From: an uncultured virus (IMG/VR IMGVR_UViG_3300027863_000003) | Lineage: Duplodnaviria; Heunggongvirae; Uroviricota; Caudoviricetes | Length of the DNA: 20,000 nt | IMG/VR virus record: IMGVR_UViG_3300027863_000003 | Strand: one strand, 5' to 3' | Shown here: positions 12,001-17,389 of the stretch, one piece after another | Numbering within the stretch: the stretch's first letter is position 1 | Layout of the letters: every line of letters starts with the position of its first letter | The notes under the pieces: model-generated | Told to the model about the DNA's origin: nothing | Seen by the model: only the letters and a program-made list of their open reading frames with translations | Database searches by the model: none | Translations under genes and position numbers: made by a program

Positions 12001-12215
12001 CGCCGCTCCGGATGCCGGCTATACGACCTTCAATCACGGCTGGGACTGTCCGCCTGCCAACCGGCCTTGGCAGCATGGGCGGGCGGATGAATCGGTCGGG
12101 CGGGCGCCGGTCAATGCCGCGCATAAGCGGGCGGATAAAGAGCGGCATCAAACCAAGAGCAACCTTGACAAGCAAACCGTTGCGCACAAAACTACCGACA
12201 AGAATAAGACTATGA
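3..12215 (+). CDS. Giant polyvalent / virion-ejected multidomain protein, 5'-truncated (ParB-like, SF2 helicase, HExxH peptidase-like, hydrophobic C-terminal region)
   Basis: The frame is open from nt 3 (GAEPAANAPATPEKPLPTNL...), so the TTG at 48 is unlikely to be the true start. It runs >4000 codons without a stop to TGA at 12213-12215. The internal domains (listed separately) are joined by P/K/E/A-rich linkers, as in phage polyvalent proteins. Confidence 0.9.
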   Translation, partial: GAEPAANAPATPEKPLPTNLATGAKPEEQKSPPASVMAPETPATKPPEQTAAPKAGPPKPPEPLAPAAEKPVKPRPPAPTTGVTPLPTPITTSEQKKEKPESEKPAPVLPTNLGAGQKSEEKKVAPEKQAPTAVSAPKPVKIRATLWADGSVETQDEEVTGFKFARDENNRIFVNKYGIAEITNGEDSYRIFIKKLSPEAKRELGWDEASVVYEPPISPEVEKLLDELRDIHASKEYEQASQKILAQKRSHLTKDEERAFNRSREIWNEISKLPPELAAELPDDAFREWQDSRLDNFSIQSAKELHRAFLLRGEPIAAENIENKLAETLVNVHSKHPDDRAEAKRHNKETKAVIDELWRAREEYKKNKKATPPAPAPAEPAKPIELKPTPPIPTGAKVEVVGKGDDKYPGVYSILPLSELQASHTETFSPNEKYPLSNTRQYHLESQKAERDKVNKGAYEPIPDLLVEPSVSASVGPPVVAWDRGTGQWVVLGGNGRTLMYKIMPEEKRAQVHEYAKQSAKKLGLPEPKTPDDVIVRVIDPIDTSTREGREAANRIVDSLNRSDMLSRSPFNMGKDDARNIPDDDALQLLDELTEAAPNQTINIYRRFVERMIGSGKIEQASRASILDNDVDVRTYVESFLAEKAFPNSTIPRLMADSNTPATIRGLMKVAMPTVLRLRSQKTAFGEKLANVITGALDKVSLASDDISKISSALEMASGQSELGESEASKAGRALIYLLQKYANVKTDKKTKSQAALSVWGKIFNYLDQALANQKKQGGGENLFGTVEDDALVFRRTLQGIMTEKEYKSFGLKPVSEDSQTPPRFGYNIPALERAISETTGKLPTSITMGATKVEKPTKPAVKPKGKAKVAPVEEKPPTTIRAGEEEVKPTEPPAKPRITSGQEAKKKETVPIKPEEEKPAPEPTLDELKAERDALERRLKKYGELPPRDQARLEEVKMAIEKAELGQEYLPQTKQAIIPDEETLKKQQRSFVEKKAKEGTLKPQGEQENLEEGRKQPELLPTGQGDIFSGQPYRPTPKPAESRPAAEMPKPQVAQPQPAVAKPAEQPKPAITQAPVETKGRSYQQVITPDFGKNNKTFRRSAFDGARRAMPKPPSAQQDPNGLKLYTNASTVGGFLYEAGVRDFKEWERLMREMYETPDNPRTKDTNYWQKIYKNARMMLDEEGGESLAAIPAKGPGDLIIGPEGEQRGGAEGEKKTVEVQFVPHPSNPKLLIARPEYTKPAPDHLERLAREHPELANLRNSLAPHQVEAFNTMYSAITRPHPNKAGLLADGTGAGKTRVMLALAHAIAVSEKRPVIMVVPQAVLKANWAKGTSKGGSYFKDAKQMGIPLVLAREGAIRPGEIIITTYENVGKWADAMSWFPARSENAAFVIFDESHYLKTPDSRRTIEAKAMIRRANKVLFSSATPADKPVHIHYLETLGIGRFDDVMKKLGYEKVQRQGRRQDGTPYDYYTWEIAPHVTAQEIAKRYSELFDKLTADGVMIKREISMAPLNIRVLEFETPDEARMIIDDFEFFYWEHKTSNTALDRANLMMICRRYLEPFKIPFATNIALKELNNGRKVVIYLSRVNQAKAGAWSGKGLEKTYHKHSDIASTLDELRNALIESGVEEDKIGELSGRMTEEEIHDAVKNFNEGDVQVLISTVETGGAGINLDDATGNHPRSVIFMTAPFSGIENVQALGRVNRLTTKSNSNIYYLFTKHPIDEWNSDIVMHKLRLMGATVKGQLAGLDEILRDRERAKMFDDLTEENLEADINTAKSPEELLKEYLQRGRKKRGAIQGGAAKGEGEAAKGEGQPVKTAPFPSVPWREVRTKDGGKFYVYPLKPDAPETKAFWDWWHEQGGKENKLDIRVRKIPEKYRKTQGADWEVVANAPYEKGAAAKEPSTNVETGTTESPPNPDENLINPIKNGVDDVSDKLGTRPDIEIDNEEKPKKPGEEEGEEGLKGAPRLSIYYDTGTGRIVLRPRELAKELELFGSDEKAKQNYMEALGRHEAIHHAALELLDPIEAASIAVWLRERHPKKYKKFVESYTGGRDVELSDFQIGHEIYRAELERILYGRTTESYRPENLSLFKVAREYVHSIIARVLRYIRSKLGMENELDTLLARALERINAEKIEANKQRLDAQIRGEPIEELSDSEVQNQPGKNLAAMPAAPEASPAEQKKVFEKIKNTYDNVAKARIDLYKNAEGVIRTKALNDYQAHRAFSLLHDVTKALKIEVAALPETQIDPITGEPYKKSYLSDDFIHHYQDMLNREVEKGVLKPDEAQPKLRALRRAQILADKVIRAKACTKLLNEYEARQATLNKLVELGVWKQSDMAYQMELKRLEDIHNEFEKIRDGSKFGENSPEAIMQDVMRLRDFQKNEIDYRARQKALQLSTVRNAFGLENVEGGTFQEVLDAVKKLTGIHAQKAHSELLDKLMEFEALAQRVDADYEAARKELGAEIERLSKELNEAELNRAWAVVHLTDYLNAMKGKMTLDGTFFTNDELEDAASRLTGIGMFVLDLAKRKPDLTANELMTWLLNSNANLPEIPRQIANLLGIRFTNNEEGQRALVNLPQMPISDEAVAAMLRYAQRLPGFASALARVFEKAKAEWDNNPGVRLAQIIALNRQIENLEGKAKLKAEKALQEMLNRFVQDETAVMSRSELAAKGLLEALKQKQIRLKTYEYAKALFDEVRGAEGYADFQFQVMSGPAGGAKVMLHKSDRAIVLSGFSIPRPDGKLESVAPVLLSTDFNSPFYLPNKIGAIMDWRNKAEEYVNGYYRAMNDYNSGATDKTPIQAGYNPMIVAGLEEELKPTSNLASLYSATWAIPEQTLRSNKFLANLTRLGLFRQLNEGALQLQGPFGAQVASDVADLTAVEMKLRTLFDQKLHPEFAEIPKLRKAALDSHRDDPMIRTQDDYRRFIFNPMGEHLRQFGVSLAAGDRIGPGNLRVTAADLELFKRLYDLDVQIREVLAGHSIRGLVRREAQIITPTGEKATIEYRSRAIPVGEMGTSRIINRSGEDFVRQLSEVLRLVDEMEKKNPGSTAITYGDLSKSNHHPLIDFYNSEEAQNKMLYSHISAAGRTDLANKRSPLMTKLEMRLAEKIRSGKLTRPLFTVDDYVRGLLDAAQELEIKGLSYEQVAREFLGELAKYNKYALDLAADMPKEKTSEAWIAAASKLTEFTTEANLLKLPGCYYDYSVLTDADIASKVVRGLAEWNVKLVTSLRHAADDLSNRIRLVEEGVKKPEEILSDYNGDVFLARVIRDTTRQLADDVLAKQVHQSDLAQKAYDIHSLLVGNWLTSPAAAGNNVLFSTVAAFDLMAKIGNYNRVVGGLMTAINILKTLPKAVIQLAGGLASYVPGSKAAVDWLIKNHPEIYQSIIKWAHTLRLDSIYDELQGLHETGLATDEKSLRQQWQKIISEVQYPATKAELYQKESGPLGKAATYAGAGLRLTAAGVNRISAVRFTDALINANSLFFVDKIRRQLEYTARQYLKRIEQMQAEGKLGDKFDPTNKEWAVKPEEFSHRLLKGDQLANIAYMRSWLRLNTGAELEQLFLDYGKRLKADPDAQLWDNEMQQRLVRGIVAHINKPIPGRNRAILIGKDRFLTWFAMLQGYTGDLLLKLTDGFRSAHGAASYQRILTPTLYLMGLAAMAAYAGGTALTYRDWWAYLFEGRLQRAVTPLDKEFWANPVTNTSLAAFSAIPYIGTAMLQILGEIRGRRGFDPADSIVAISQLHDLQMLFGSLWALRDNPASWPIPLRRWAERNFPYFRSIEYITGTGRADYTSGVNSFYAVAKNKGLIKERAQRQMGFFIPGVPSALSDRLRRAIMDGDTTEIKEIKGELYDYHYKTAIENGKTPDEAKRLAEVQTKRDYISLSPVLQATNRRKFAQSEYEDVVNSMNDRQRFAFERVQKAWKAAAPLFNVSEGSAALIPWKTEAEEQAPGVTGAQVRLQPVAGSASGTTGRGRSVTPGGLPTSLMWGMGGMGGQRVSTSPINLRAPAPLRMPAIRPSITAGTVRLPTGLGSMGGRMNRSGGRRSMPRISGRIKSGIKPRATLTSKPLRTKLPTRIRL
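1210..2000 (+). other. DdrB-type ParB/Srx-like domain within the giant protein
   Basis: YSILPLSELQASH...FSPNEKYP...NTRQY...SASVGPPVV...VVLGGNGRTLM...VIVRV resembles the remembered pattern of DdrB-like ParB domains in polyvalent proteins (GaP-hh...h-GNGR). Boundaries are approximate. Confidence 0.7.
3790..5260 (+). other. SF2 helicase/ATPase module, strawberry-notch-like
   Basis: Q-motif LAPHQ, Walker A GLLADGTGAGKT (3864-3899), Walker B VIFDESH (DESH 4185-4196), motif III SSATP, motif V GGAGINLDD, motif VI QALGRVNR (5094-5117). The DGTGxGK and GINL-D...QxLGRxxR forms are typical of strawberry-notch-like helicases. Confidence 0.88.
5900..6400 (+). other. Zincin-like metallopeptidase (MPTase-type) segment
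   Basis: IYYDTGTGRIVL precedes ALGRHEAIHH (HExxH at 6033-6047), with a downstream Glu-bearing helix IGHEIYRAELE (~6190). This is the usual layout of polyvalent-protein metallopeptidases. Confidence 0.6.
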
Positions 12216-12541
12216 GAAGAGTAAACAGGCATCAACTGGCTGAAAAACTGGCTGAACGACTGGCAATAACAAGGCCGATGGCGAACAAAATCATCGCCGA
12301 ATTCATTGAGTGCTTCCGGGAGGAGGTTCTGGAAGGCAAACCCATCTACCTACGGCGCCTAGGTAAATTTGAGGTTAAACTGCGCCGCGCCAAAATTGCC
12401 TTCGACATGTTCAATAGGGAGCCAATTGAAATCCCAGCTCATTTCAAACTTGTGTTCAAAGCCGAGGCTGGTCTCCGGCGGGAAGTCATGCAAATCCCGA
12501 TAAAAAATGTTCTGGCGGCCCCCAAGCCGCCAGAACAATAG
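12212..12541 (+). CDS. HU/IHF-family DNA-bending protein (109 aa)
   Basis: MRRVNRHQLAEKLAERLAITRPMANKIIAEFIECFREEVLEGKPIYLRRLGKFEVKLRRAKIAFDMFNREPIEIPAHFKLVFKAEAGLR fits the HU/IHF pattern. The ATG at 12212 overlaps the giant ORF stop (ATGA). Confidence 0.9.
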   Translation: MRRVNRHQLAEKLAERLAITRPMANKIIAEFIECFREEVLEGKPIYLRRLGKFEVKLRRAKIAFDMFNREPIEIPAHFKLVFKAEAGLRREVMQIPIKNVLAAPKPPEQ

Positions 12542-12630
12542 ACCAAACAAACGGGAATTTAGGTGTGACTTTTGCCGGCTCAGGGCGTTGCAGGAGGGGA
12601 CGCGCCTGTGGCCAGCGACGGGAAAATCTT

Positions 12631-13404
12631 TTAATCCGGCAGTCCTTTAATCTCATCCGAGATTGCCTGTAATTTTTCGCGCAAAGCCGCGGCATCGGCT
12701 GGCGAATGCCTCATTTCATCAGGCAACGGGGCCGTTGTCAAAATATTTTCTGTTTTCCGAACTATAGCAGCGAACTCGTCGTCTTCGGTTATGTTTCTCG
12801 CCCTGAATTCCTGGGCAAATCTAAGGATATTATCCCAAAGGCCAAACCGTATGAGCGCAGGGTATCCCAGCTTATGCACGACAACAAGAATGCGCTCATT
12901 GAATTTCATCCTTTGGTCACTTCTGATTTTCTCAAAGATTGTTTGCCACATTGCCTCGGCTTTGAGCAATTCAGACTTCCCAAGGGCACCCGGCAATTGC
13001 GGCGGAACAAGCGAAACATACAGCCATTCAACATTGAATTTTGCAATAATGCTTTCCTCTGTTTCGTTTGCTTCCTTCAGCAGGCCGGCATTGGCAAGCT
13101 CATTGGCGTACGCGGCGGCCCGTTTCAGCCTTGCTTGCTTGAAGCGTTCAAGGCCCTCATCAATTATGGGCAGCGGCGAAACAACTTTCCCTGTTTCAGT
13201 CACATAGGAAATTTTCGCCAAGTAGGTGTGCTTCAACACCGGATAATAAACACACCAATCGGCCAGCAACCCGTTACGCAAATCTTCGTCAACCCTTTTG
13301 AGGTAATTCCACCCTGCCGTTTTCAGCTTCGACGGCGGTTCCCATCTCGGCCTGTCAATCTGAAGGCCCACGATATTTGGTAATATCTCCAACGGCTTTT
13401 TCAT
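12631..13404 (-). CDS. Hypothetical protein, DUF3150-like helical phage/ICE protein (257 aa)
   Basis: RBS GGAGA precedes the ATG. SIIAKFNVEW...P...W..I...NILRFAQEFRARNITEDDEFAAIV...MR resembles remembered DUF3150-type proteins; the family call is tentative. Confidence 0.6.
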   Translation of the reverse strand: MKKPLEILPNIVGLQIDRPRWEPPSKLKTAGWNYLKRVDEDLRNGLLADWCVYYPVLKHTYLAKISYVTETGKVVSPLPIIDEGLERFKQARLKRAAAYANELANAGLLKEANETEESIIAKFNVEWLYVSLVPPQLPGALGKSELLKAEAMWQTIFEKIRSDQRMKFNERILVVVHKLGYPALIRFGLWDNILRFAQEFRARNITEDDEFAAIVRKTENILTTAPLPDEMRHSPADAAALREKLQAISDEIKGLPD

Positions 13405-13627
13405 TTTTAATCTCTCCGCCTCTTTTTCTTTTCCAACTTATGTCCCTCAAAAACCATAGTGCCTCAACATGCCTTTTATAAATCCGCGCCACGCGCCAAT
13501 GTTCGCCGCGGTATTCAATAACATCCCTCAACCGCGTTGTTAAAGGGACGGCCTTGAATGAATATATTCTTCTCCCATCCACTATTCTGCTAATAACGGC
13601 GAATCTGCGCAATATCATGGCGGTCAA
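13355..13627 (-). CDS. Small basic hypothetical protein (~90 aa; start may be 13618)
   Basis: Fills the gap between co-oriented genes. It overlaps the upstream stop and the downstream start. Confidence 0.55.
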   Translation of the reverse strand: MTAMILRRFAVISRIVDGRRIYSFKAVPLTTRLRDVIEYRGEHWRVARIYKRHVEALWFLRDISWKRKRGGEIKNEKAVGDITKYRGPSD

Positions 13628-13812
13628 TTCCGGCCTTTGGGAGGCTCATCACTGCCATCATTCAAGCAGTATTTGGTGGCTAGGTGGACAAGGAAAATGT
13701 AGGCGGCCTGAAGTGTAACTTCATCTTGCGCCAAATTTTCTGGCTTGCCATTCACCTGCGCCATGGCCTTTTGGATTTCGTCCCGAACTTTTTTGATGTC
13801 TTCCAATATCAT
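13624..13812 (-). CDS. Hypothetical protein (62 aa, MILEDIKKVRDEIQKAMAQ...)
   Basis: GGGGAGG RBS, and the ATG at 13812 overlaps the upstream TGA (ATGA). The N-terminus is an amphipathic helix. Confidence 0.7.
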   Translation of the reverse strand: MILEDIKKVRDEIQKAMAQVNGKPENLAQDEVTLQAAYIFLVHLATKYCLNDGSDEPPKGRN

Positions 13813-14177
13813 TTGAGCCTCCCCAATGCATATAACTTTTGAGCATTCTTTACCTGAATTTTCAACTCCCTGTAAAGAGCATCGCCGGTTTTTGTGCCGG
13901 CATGTTTGTTGAGATTGAATTTCGCGTCTTCCCAATTGGCCAAATCCATTGTTTCACAATAGAATTTCCCAATATGCTCAGGCCGTTCCCCGCCAGTGTC
14001 AAGTCCCACCATTATCACTGTGTCATATTCCGTTCGGCCTTTCAGACTGTCTTTCAAGGCAGCCGGCAAATCTTTATACCAAGGGGAAACGTATGTTGAA
14101 TCGTACGCCCTTGGCGCGGGTTTCAAACCAGTAATCTTTCTGAACTTCAAATTCATTGCCCTATTCTCTTTACTCAT
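13809..14177 (-). CDS. Hypothetical protein (122 aa, MSKENRAMNLKF...)
   Basis: GGGAGA RBS, and the ATG directly follows the upstream stop at 14179. Confidence 0.7.
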   Translation of the reverse strand: MSKENRAMNLKFRKITGLKPAPRAYDSTYVSPWYKDLPAALKDSLKGRTEYDTVIMVGLDTGGERPEHIGKFYCETMDLANWEDAKFNLNKHAGTKTGDALYRELKIQVKNAQKLYALGRLK

Positions 14178-14178
14178 A

Positions 14179-14595
14179 TCATTCTCCCATAGAAAAGCCG
14201 TGCTCAAATACGCGCTCAACCTCCGTGTCGGGAACCCTTGTTCCCAACACAACAGCTTCAGCTAGGGCTGTGCCATCCGACAAATCTTTAAGTCTGGCCT
14301 TTGACCAATCCTTGTCCAGCCATACTGTCTTTTTCCTTGAAGGCGTGTATGTACAATTATAGACGGCGTATGTGTTCTTAAAATCTCGCCAATTGTACAA
14401 GAACCTGAATGTTTCAAGCACAGCCGCTCGCAGGGTTGTGTAAATGCAAAGCGGCCCGCAACCTGAGCTTGGTACGGTTTTCTTGCCGACTTTATATTCC
14501 ACGACCCCATCAATATGGGGTCCCATTTCCGATACCAGCCTTCTATTGCGAGTGACGAAAACCACTTTGTAACCTTCTCTCCATCTTTCTTTCAT
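14179..14595 (-). CDS. Paralogue 1 of the 'GYK...GCGPLC...LA' domain family (138 aa)
   Basis: WREGYKVV...RLVS...EYKVGKKTVPSSGCGPLCIYTTLRAA...VYNCTYTPS...VW...LSDGTALAEAVVLGTRV. ATGA-coupled to paralogue 2. Confidence 0.85.
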   Translation of the reverse strand: MKERWREGYKVVFVTRNRRLVSEMGPHIDGVVEYKVGKKTVPSSGCGPLCIYTTLRAAVLETFRFLYNWRDFKNTYAVYNCTYTPSRKKTVWLDKDWSKARLKDLSDGTALAEAVVLGTRVPDTEVERVFEHGFSMGE

Positions 14596-15161
14596 TTTGT
14601 GGCCTCCAATTTTTTGATTTCAACTTGCGACACTCTTTTCCCAATTATGACCTTGCTGGCCAGAACGGAGCCAACTTCAAGCCTGCCAAATTGAGTTGTA
14701 CCTATTTCGGGCGTCCATATTGTTTGCAGCTCTGATGGTTTATACCGGCAATGATATATTACCAGTGTTTCACAGCGCATGATAGCCTCGACGGCGGGCC
14801 TTAAAACTGAATAAACACAGATGGGGCCGCAACCCGGCTTGGGTTCCGTTACTTGGCCAACTTCATAAATGAGTCCCCCATCAAAAGGCTTGATGTACGG
14901 CGAGTAAAGTTTGCCTTCAAATCTATGAAGCAGCTTGAAGCCATCCAGCCACAATTCATCATAATAGCGCAGGATGTTTTCGATTTGATTTTGCAACTGC
15001 CAAAGCAGCCGGAAATCCACTTCTGCTTTAAGTTTTTGCTTAAACGGCAATCCATGAATTTTTGTCACGTTTTCTAGGCGTTGCTTGCGCGCCCGGAAAA
15101 ACTCCTCGTATGTCGGATGTTTCATTTGAATACTTTGCATTTCAAGCTTGCTATTTTCCAT
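14592..15161 (-). CDS. Paralogue 2 of the same family, with a ~70-aa helical N-terminal extension (189 aa)
   Basis: RBS AGGAGAGG. WLDGFKLL...KLYS...YEVGQVTEPKPGCGPICVYSVLRPA...IYHCRYKPS...IW...LEVGSVLASKVIIGKRV. Confidence 0.85.
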   Translation of the reverse strand: MENSKLEMQSIQMKHPTYEEFFRARKQRLENVTKIHGLPFKQKLKAEVDFRLLWQLQNQIENILRYYDELWLDGFKLLHRFEGKLYSPYIKPFDGGLIYEVGQVTEPKPGCGPICVYSVLRPAVEAIMRCETLVIYHCRYKPSELQTIWTPEIGTTQFGRLEVGSVLASKVIIGKRVSQVEIKKLEATK

Positions 15162-15177
15162 TTTGTTCCTCTCCTTT

Positions 15178-15438
15178 CTATTTTTCGATCAACTGAATCC
15201 CTGTCTTACCGCGTGTGTCAACAAAGACCGTCTTTTGACGTGGGCGGATTTTATCTGGGTTACACGTCCAGACCACATCTGGCCTTATTTCCCGCAGTAG
15301 TGGAAGCGGATTTGCATGGGCGGAATAGGCTCGCATAATTATCTCAACAGCCCAAGTCAGGTCTTCCTTCGCAAGCTTTTGCATATCGTATTCACGCCGG
15401 TTTTGCGCATTGGCCCACATGTCAATTAACTTGCTCAT
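15178..15438 (-). CDS. Hypothetical protein (86 aa, MSKLIDMWANAQ...)
   Basis: GAGGAG RBS 6 nt before the ATG at 15438. Confidence 0.72.
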   Translation of the reverse strand: MSKLIDMWANAQNRREYDMQKLAKEDLTWAVEIIMRAYSAHANPLPLLREIRPDVVWTCNPDKIRPRQKTVFVDTRGKTGIQLIEK

Positions 15439-15488
15439 AAATATCTCCTCATTTCTTATCCTGAAAAGGTCGGCTTGCCCAAAAAACA

Positions 15489-15857
15489 TCAACACAAATC
15501 AACAAAGCATTCCTTCCCCTCAACTTTAATGGTGCCACGGCCCCAATCGCACCGGCTTGCGGCTTCGAGACTGGCCCAAAATTCAGCCTCGCTCGCCGGC
15601 CTCAAAATTTCCTCAGTTTCACAGAGTTTGAGCATCGGACGCCCTGCCGGCCCAGCGCCGCCCGAATTATTCCATGCGGCGGCGATTATGCGCGCCATCC
15701 TTTCAGTCATGCCAGCAACATTGACAATGAACCTTTCCTTGTCCCGCTGGACGACAAGGTCGCGCGCATCATCGGGCAAGTCCCCTTGTGGTCGAGACTT
15801 GAAGACCCAGCCGCGCGACGTCCAATGTTGTACAACCATCCATTTTGACTCATTCAT
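15489..15857 (-). CDS. Hypothetical protein (122 aa, MNESKWMVVQHW...)
   Basis: The ATG overlaps the stop of the upstream gene, consistent with co-oriented packing. Confidence 0.65.
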   Translation of the reverse strand: MNESKWMVVQHWTSRGWVFKSRPQGDLPDDARDLVVQRDKERFIVNVAGMTERMARIIAAAWNNSGGAGPAGRPMLKLCETEEILRPASEAEFWASLEAASRCDWGRGTIKVEGKECFVDLC

Positions 15858-16635
15858 AAATCGTTTCTGGAGTTGATATCCACCAATTGCCGGCCGCAAA
15901 CTCGGCCAGCATCCCTTTCTGGCAGTGGTGTATGTACCAGGCCTTATCAGAGGAAAGCTGGTAATACAGCTTTCCGTCATGCCAGCCCACCGGCTGGGCA
16001 ATATCATTCTGCTCCCAGTCAGGCGTTTCATCGGGAGTCAGCAAATACCCCTGAATCATCGCCGGCAAGCGCAACTGATGCCGCCACAGGGCAACGGCCT
16101 CGGAGTCATTGCTCATGTCGTACACAGCCAACGACCCGACTTCCACCGGCTCACCTTCGTGGTTGCTGACCGGACTTTCGGCCAGCTCCCGCAGCGGGCG
16201 CTCCCACTCAAAATTGCGAATGATGCAGTCCGCTACGGCCACACTGACGAGAGCCTCGTCCTGCCAGTACTCAGGGACACGTGCTCGGCACCAGCGGCCA
16301 AATTCCTTAATTAAATCATTCAGCCAATGTCGCGGCACCTCCGCGATGCGCCATTCTCGCCGGTATTTCGCGCCGCCGTCATCCAGCGGCTCGGCTGGTG
16401 GTAGTTTTTCCGAGGCACGCATGAAAAATATCATGTCGAACCTAGAATTTCGCGCCCTCCAACCGCCGCACTGGAGCGGCTCAATGGCAGAGTAAACGAC
16501 GTCCTTATGTGTGACGTAGGGCGAATTGCGCCCGACCACGTCAGCCCTAATATTGTCGTACCACATTGACACTGCGGTTGACTGGGCCAATGAGTCACAC
16601 GCAGCCCGAATAATTTTCATCACATGTCCATTCAT
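15850..16635 (-). CDS. Trp-rich hypothetical protein (261 aa, MNGHVMKIIRAA...)
   Basis: Long ORF. The start is placed at ATG 16635 because the upstream in-frame extension is occupied by repeated non-coding elements. Confidence 0.75.
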   Translation of the reverse strand: MNGHVMKIIRAACDSLAQSTAVSMWYDNIRADVVGRNSPYVTHKDVVYSAIEPLQCGGWRARNSRFDMIFFMRASEKLPPAEPLDDGGAKYRREWRIAEVPRHWLNDLIKEFGRWCRARVPEYWQDEALVSVAVADCIIRNFEWERPLRELAESPVSNHEGEPVEVGSLAVYDMSNDSEAVALWRHQLRLPAMIQGYLLTPDETPDWEQNDIAQPVGWHDGKLYYQLSSDKAWYIHHCQKGMLAEFAAGNWWISTPETIYE

Positions 16636-16654
16636 ATTTTCTTTCGGCCTCGCG

Positions 16655-16698
16655 GGCCAGCTCACGCTTGCGACCATTCGCTTCGAGGCGCTGGTGAC
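16655..16698 (-). repeat. Leader element copy A (putative structured cis-RNA)
   Basis: 34 of 44 positions are identical, without gaps, to 18930-18973. It lies 19 nt upstream of a start codon. Confidence 0.75.
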
Positions 16699-16703
16699 GC
16701 ACC

Positions 16704-16750
16704 TTGCCCGACGGCACACACCGGCGGGCGGGTTATTGCTCACTCAATCA
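16704..16750 (-). repeat. Gene-boundary repeat copy 1 (TGATTGAGTGAGCAAtAAC..GCCCGCCGG-hairpin-CGGGCAA)
   Basis: Shares TGATTGAGTGAGCAA, CGCCCGCCGG and CGGGCAA with 17390-17442. It forms an imperfect GC hairpin. Confidence 0.75.
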
Positions 16751-16977
16751 AGGACACCCAAAAAACGGCCACCATGTTCAGCGGCCCATCTCTGGGCAGC
16801 CCTGACCGCCGTCTTGCGTCGCAGGAATGTACGTGGCGCGTCCTTCCATACGAAAGTACCATGTACTGTCGCGTGACACATCCGAACAGCATACACGTCG
16901 CGCTTGAGCGCTGGGTAGTCCGACGCAGCCGCCATTAAGTAAACCTCAGTATTTCCGTGTTCATTTCTTGTTTTCAT
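16744..16977 (-). CDS. Hypothetical protein (77 aa, MKTRNEHGNTEV...)
   Basis: AAAGGA RBS before the ATG at 16977. Confidence 0.7.
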   Translation of the reverse strand: MKTRNEHGNTEVYLMAAASDYPALKRDVYAVRMCHATVHGTFVWKDAPRTFLRRKTAVRAAQRWAAEHGGRFLGVLD

Positions 16978-17017
16978 GTTTCCTTTCTTTTGCCGCCGGC
17001 GAACCGGCGTACTTGCC

Positions 17018-17374
17018 TCAATGGACGACGCATATTTTGCCTTCAATAATAAGGACGCCCCCTCGGCTTTGACGTTTTTCTTCTGGGGTCGCCAGGCGCA
17101 CTGCACGCCACGTTTCGCACTCGTACAAGATTGGAGGGGCCTTTTTCCCCACCGGCAGAAGGGCGTCGTTATTAGCAAGCTTCATGTTGTGGATGCGGGC
17201 CTTCAAGGCGGCCTCCCGACGTGTCATTCCGTCGCTCACCACTCGCCACATGCCATCGCATCGACCAACGACAGGTTGATAACCACCCTTTAATTGGACG
17301 AAGCCAAACCGGCTGGCATATCGCTCACCCAGCCAGACCTTCTGGATGAGATACCAATTTTGTTCTGTTTTCAT
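17018..17374 (-). CDS. Hypothetical protein (118 aa)
   Basis: AGGAG RBS before the ATG, in the co-oriented run. Confidence 0.75.
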   Translation of the reverse strand: MKTEQNWYLIQKVWLGERYASRFGFVQLKGGYQPVVGRCDGMWRVVSDGMTRREAALKARIHNMKLANNDALLPVGKKAPPILYECETWRAVRLATPEEKRQSRGGVLIIEGKICVVH

Positions 17375-17389
17375 TTTTGCTCCTATTAT

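Noticed and set aside
11936..12211. 92-aa N-terminal extension of the HU/IHF ORF
   Set aside because: It overlaps the giant ORF in another frame. HU similarity begins at ATG 12212, which has a clean ATGA coupling.
899..12235. Many - strand and off-frame ORFs inside the giant gene (e.g. 2480-3241, 7460-8068)
   Set aside because: They are antisense shadows of a long coding frame with no recognisable motifs.
12542..12630. Bidirectional terminator between the convergent blocks
   Set aside because: Only weak, interrupted pairing and no clear U-tract, so it cannot be supported.
16640..16710. Leader element as a hammerhead, twister, twister-sister, pistol or HDV ribozyme, or a c-di-GMP/ZTP riboswitch
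   Set aside because: Only fragments (GCAAG, AAGCGU, GCGCUCA) match, and the required order of conserved cores is not met in both copies.
16636..16743. Upstream in-frame extension of the 15850 ORF (GTG at 16743)
   Set aside because: The region consists of two repeated elements that are non-coding at their other copies.
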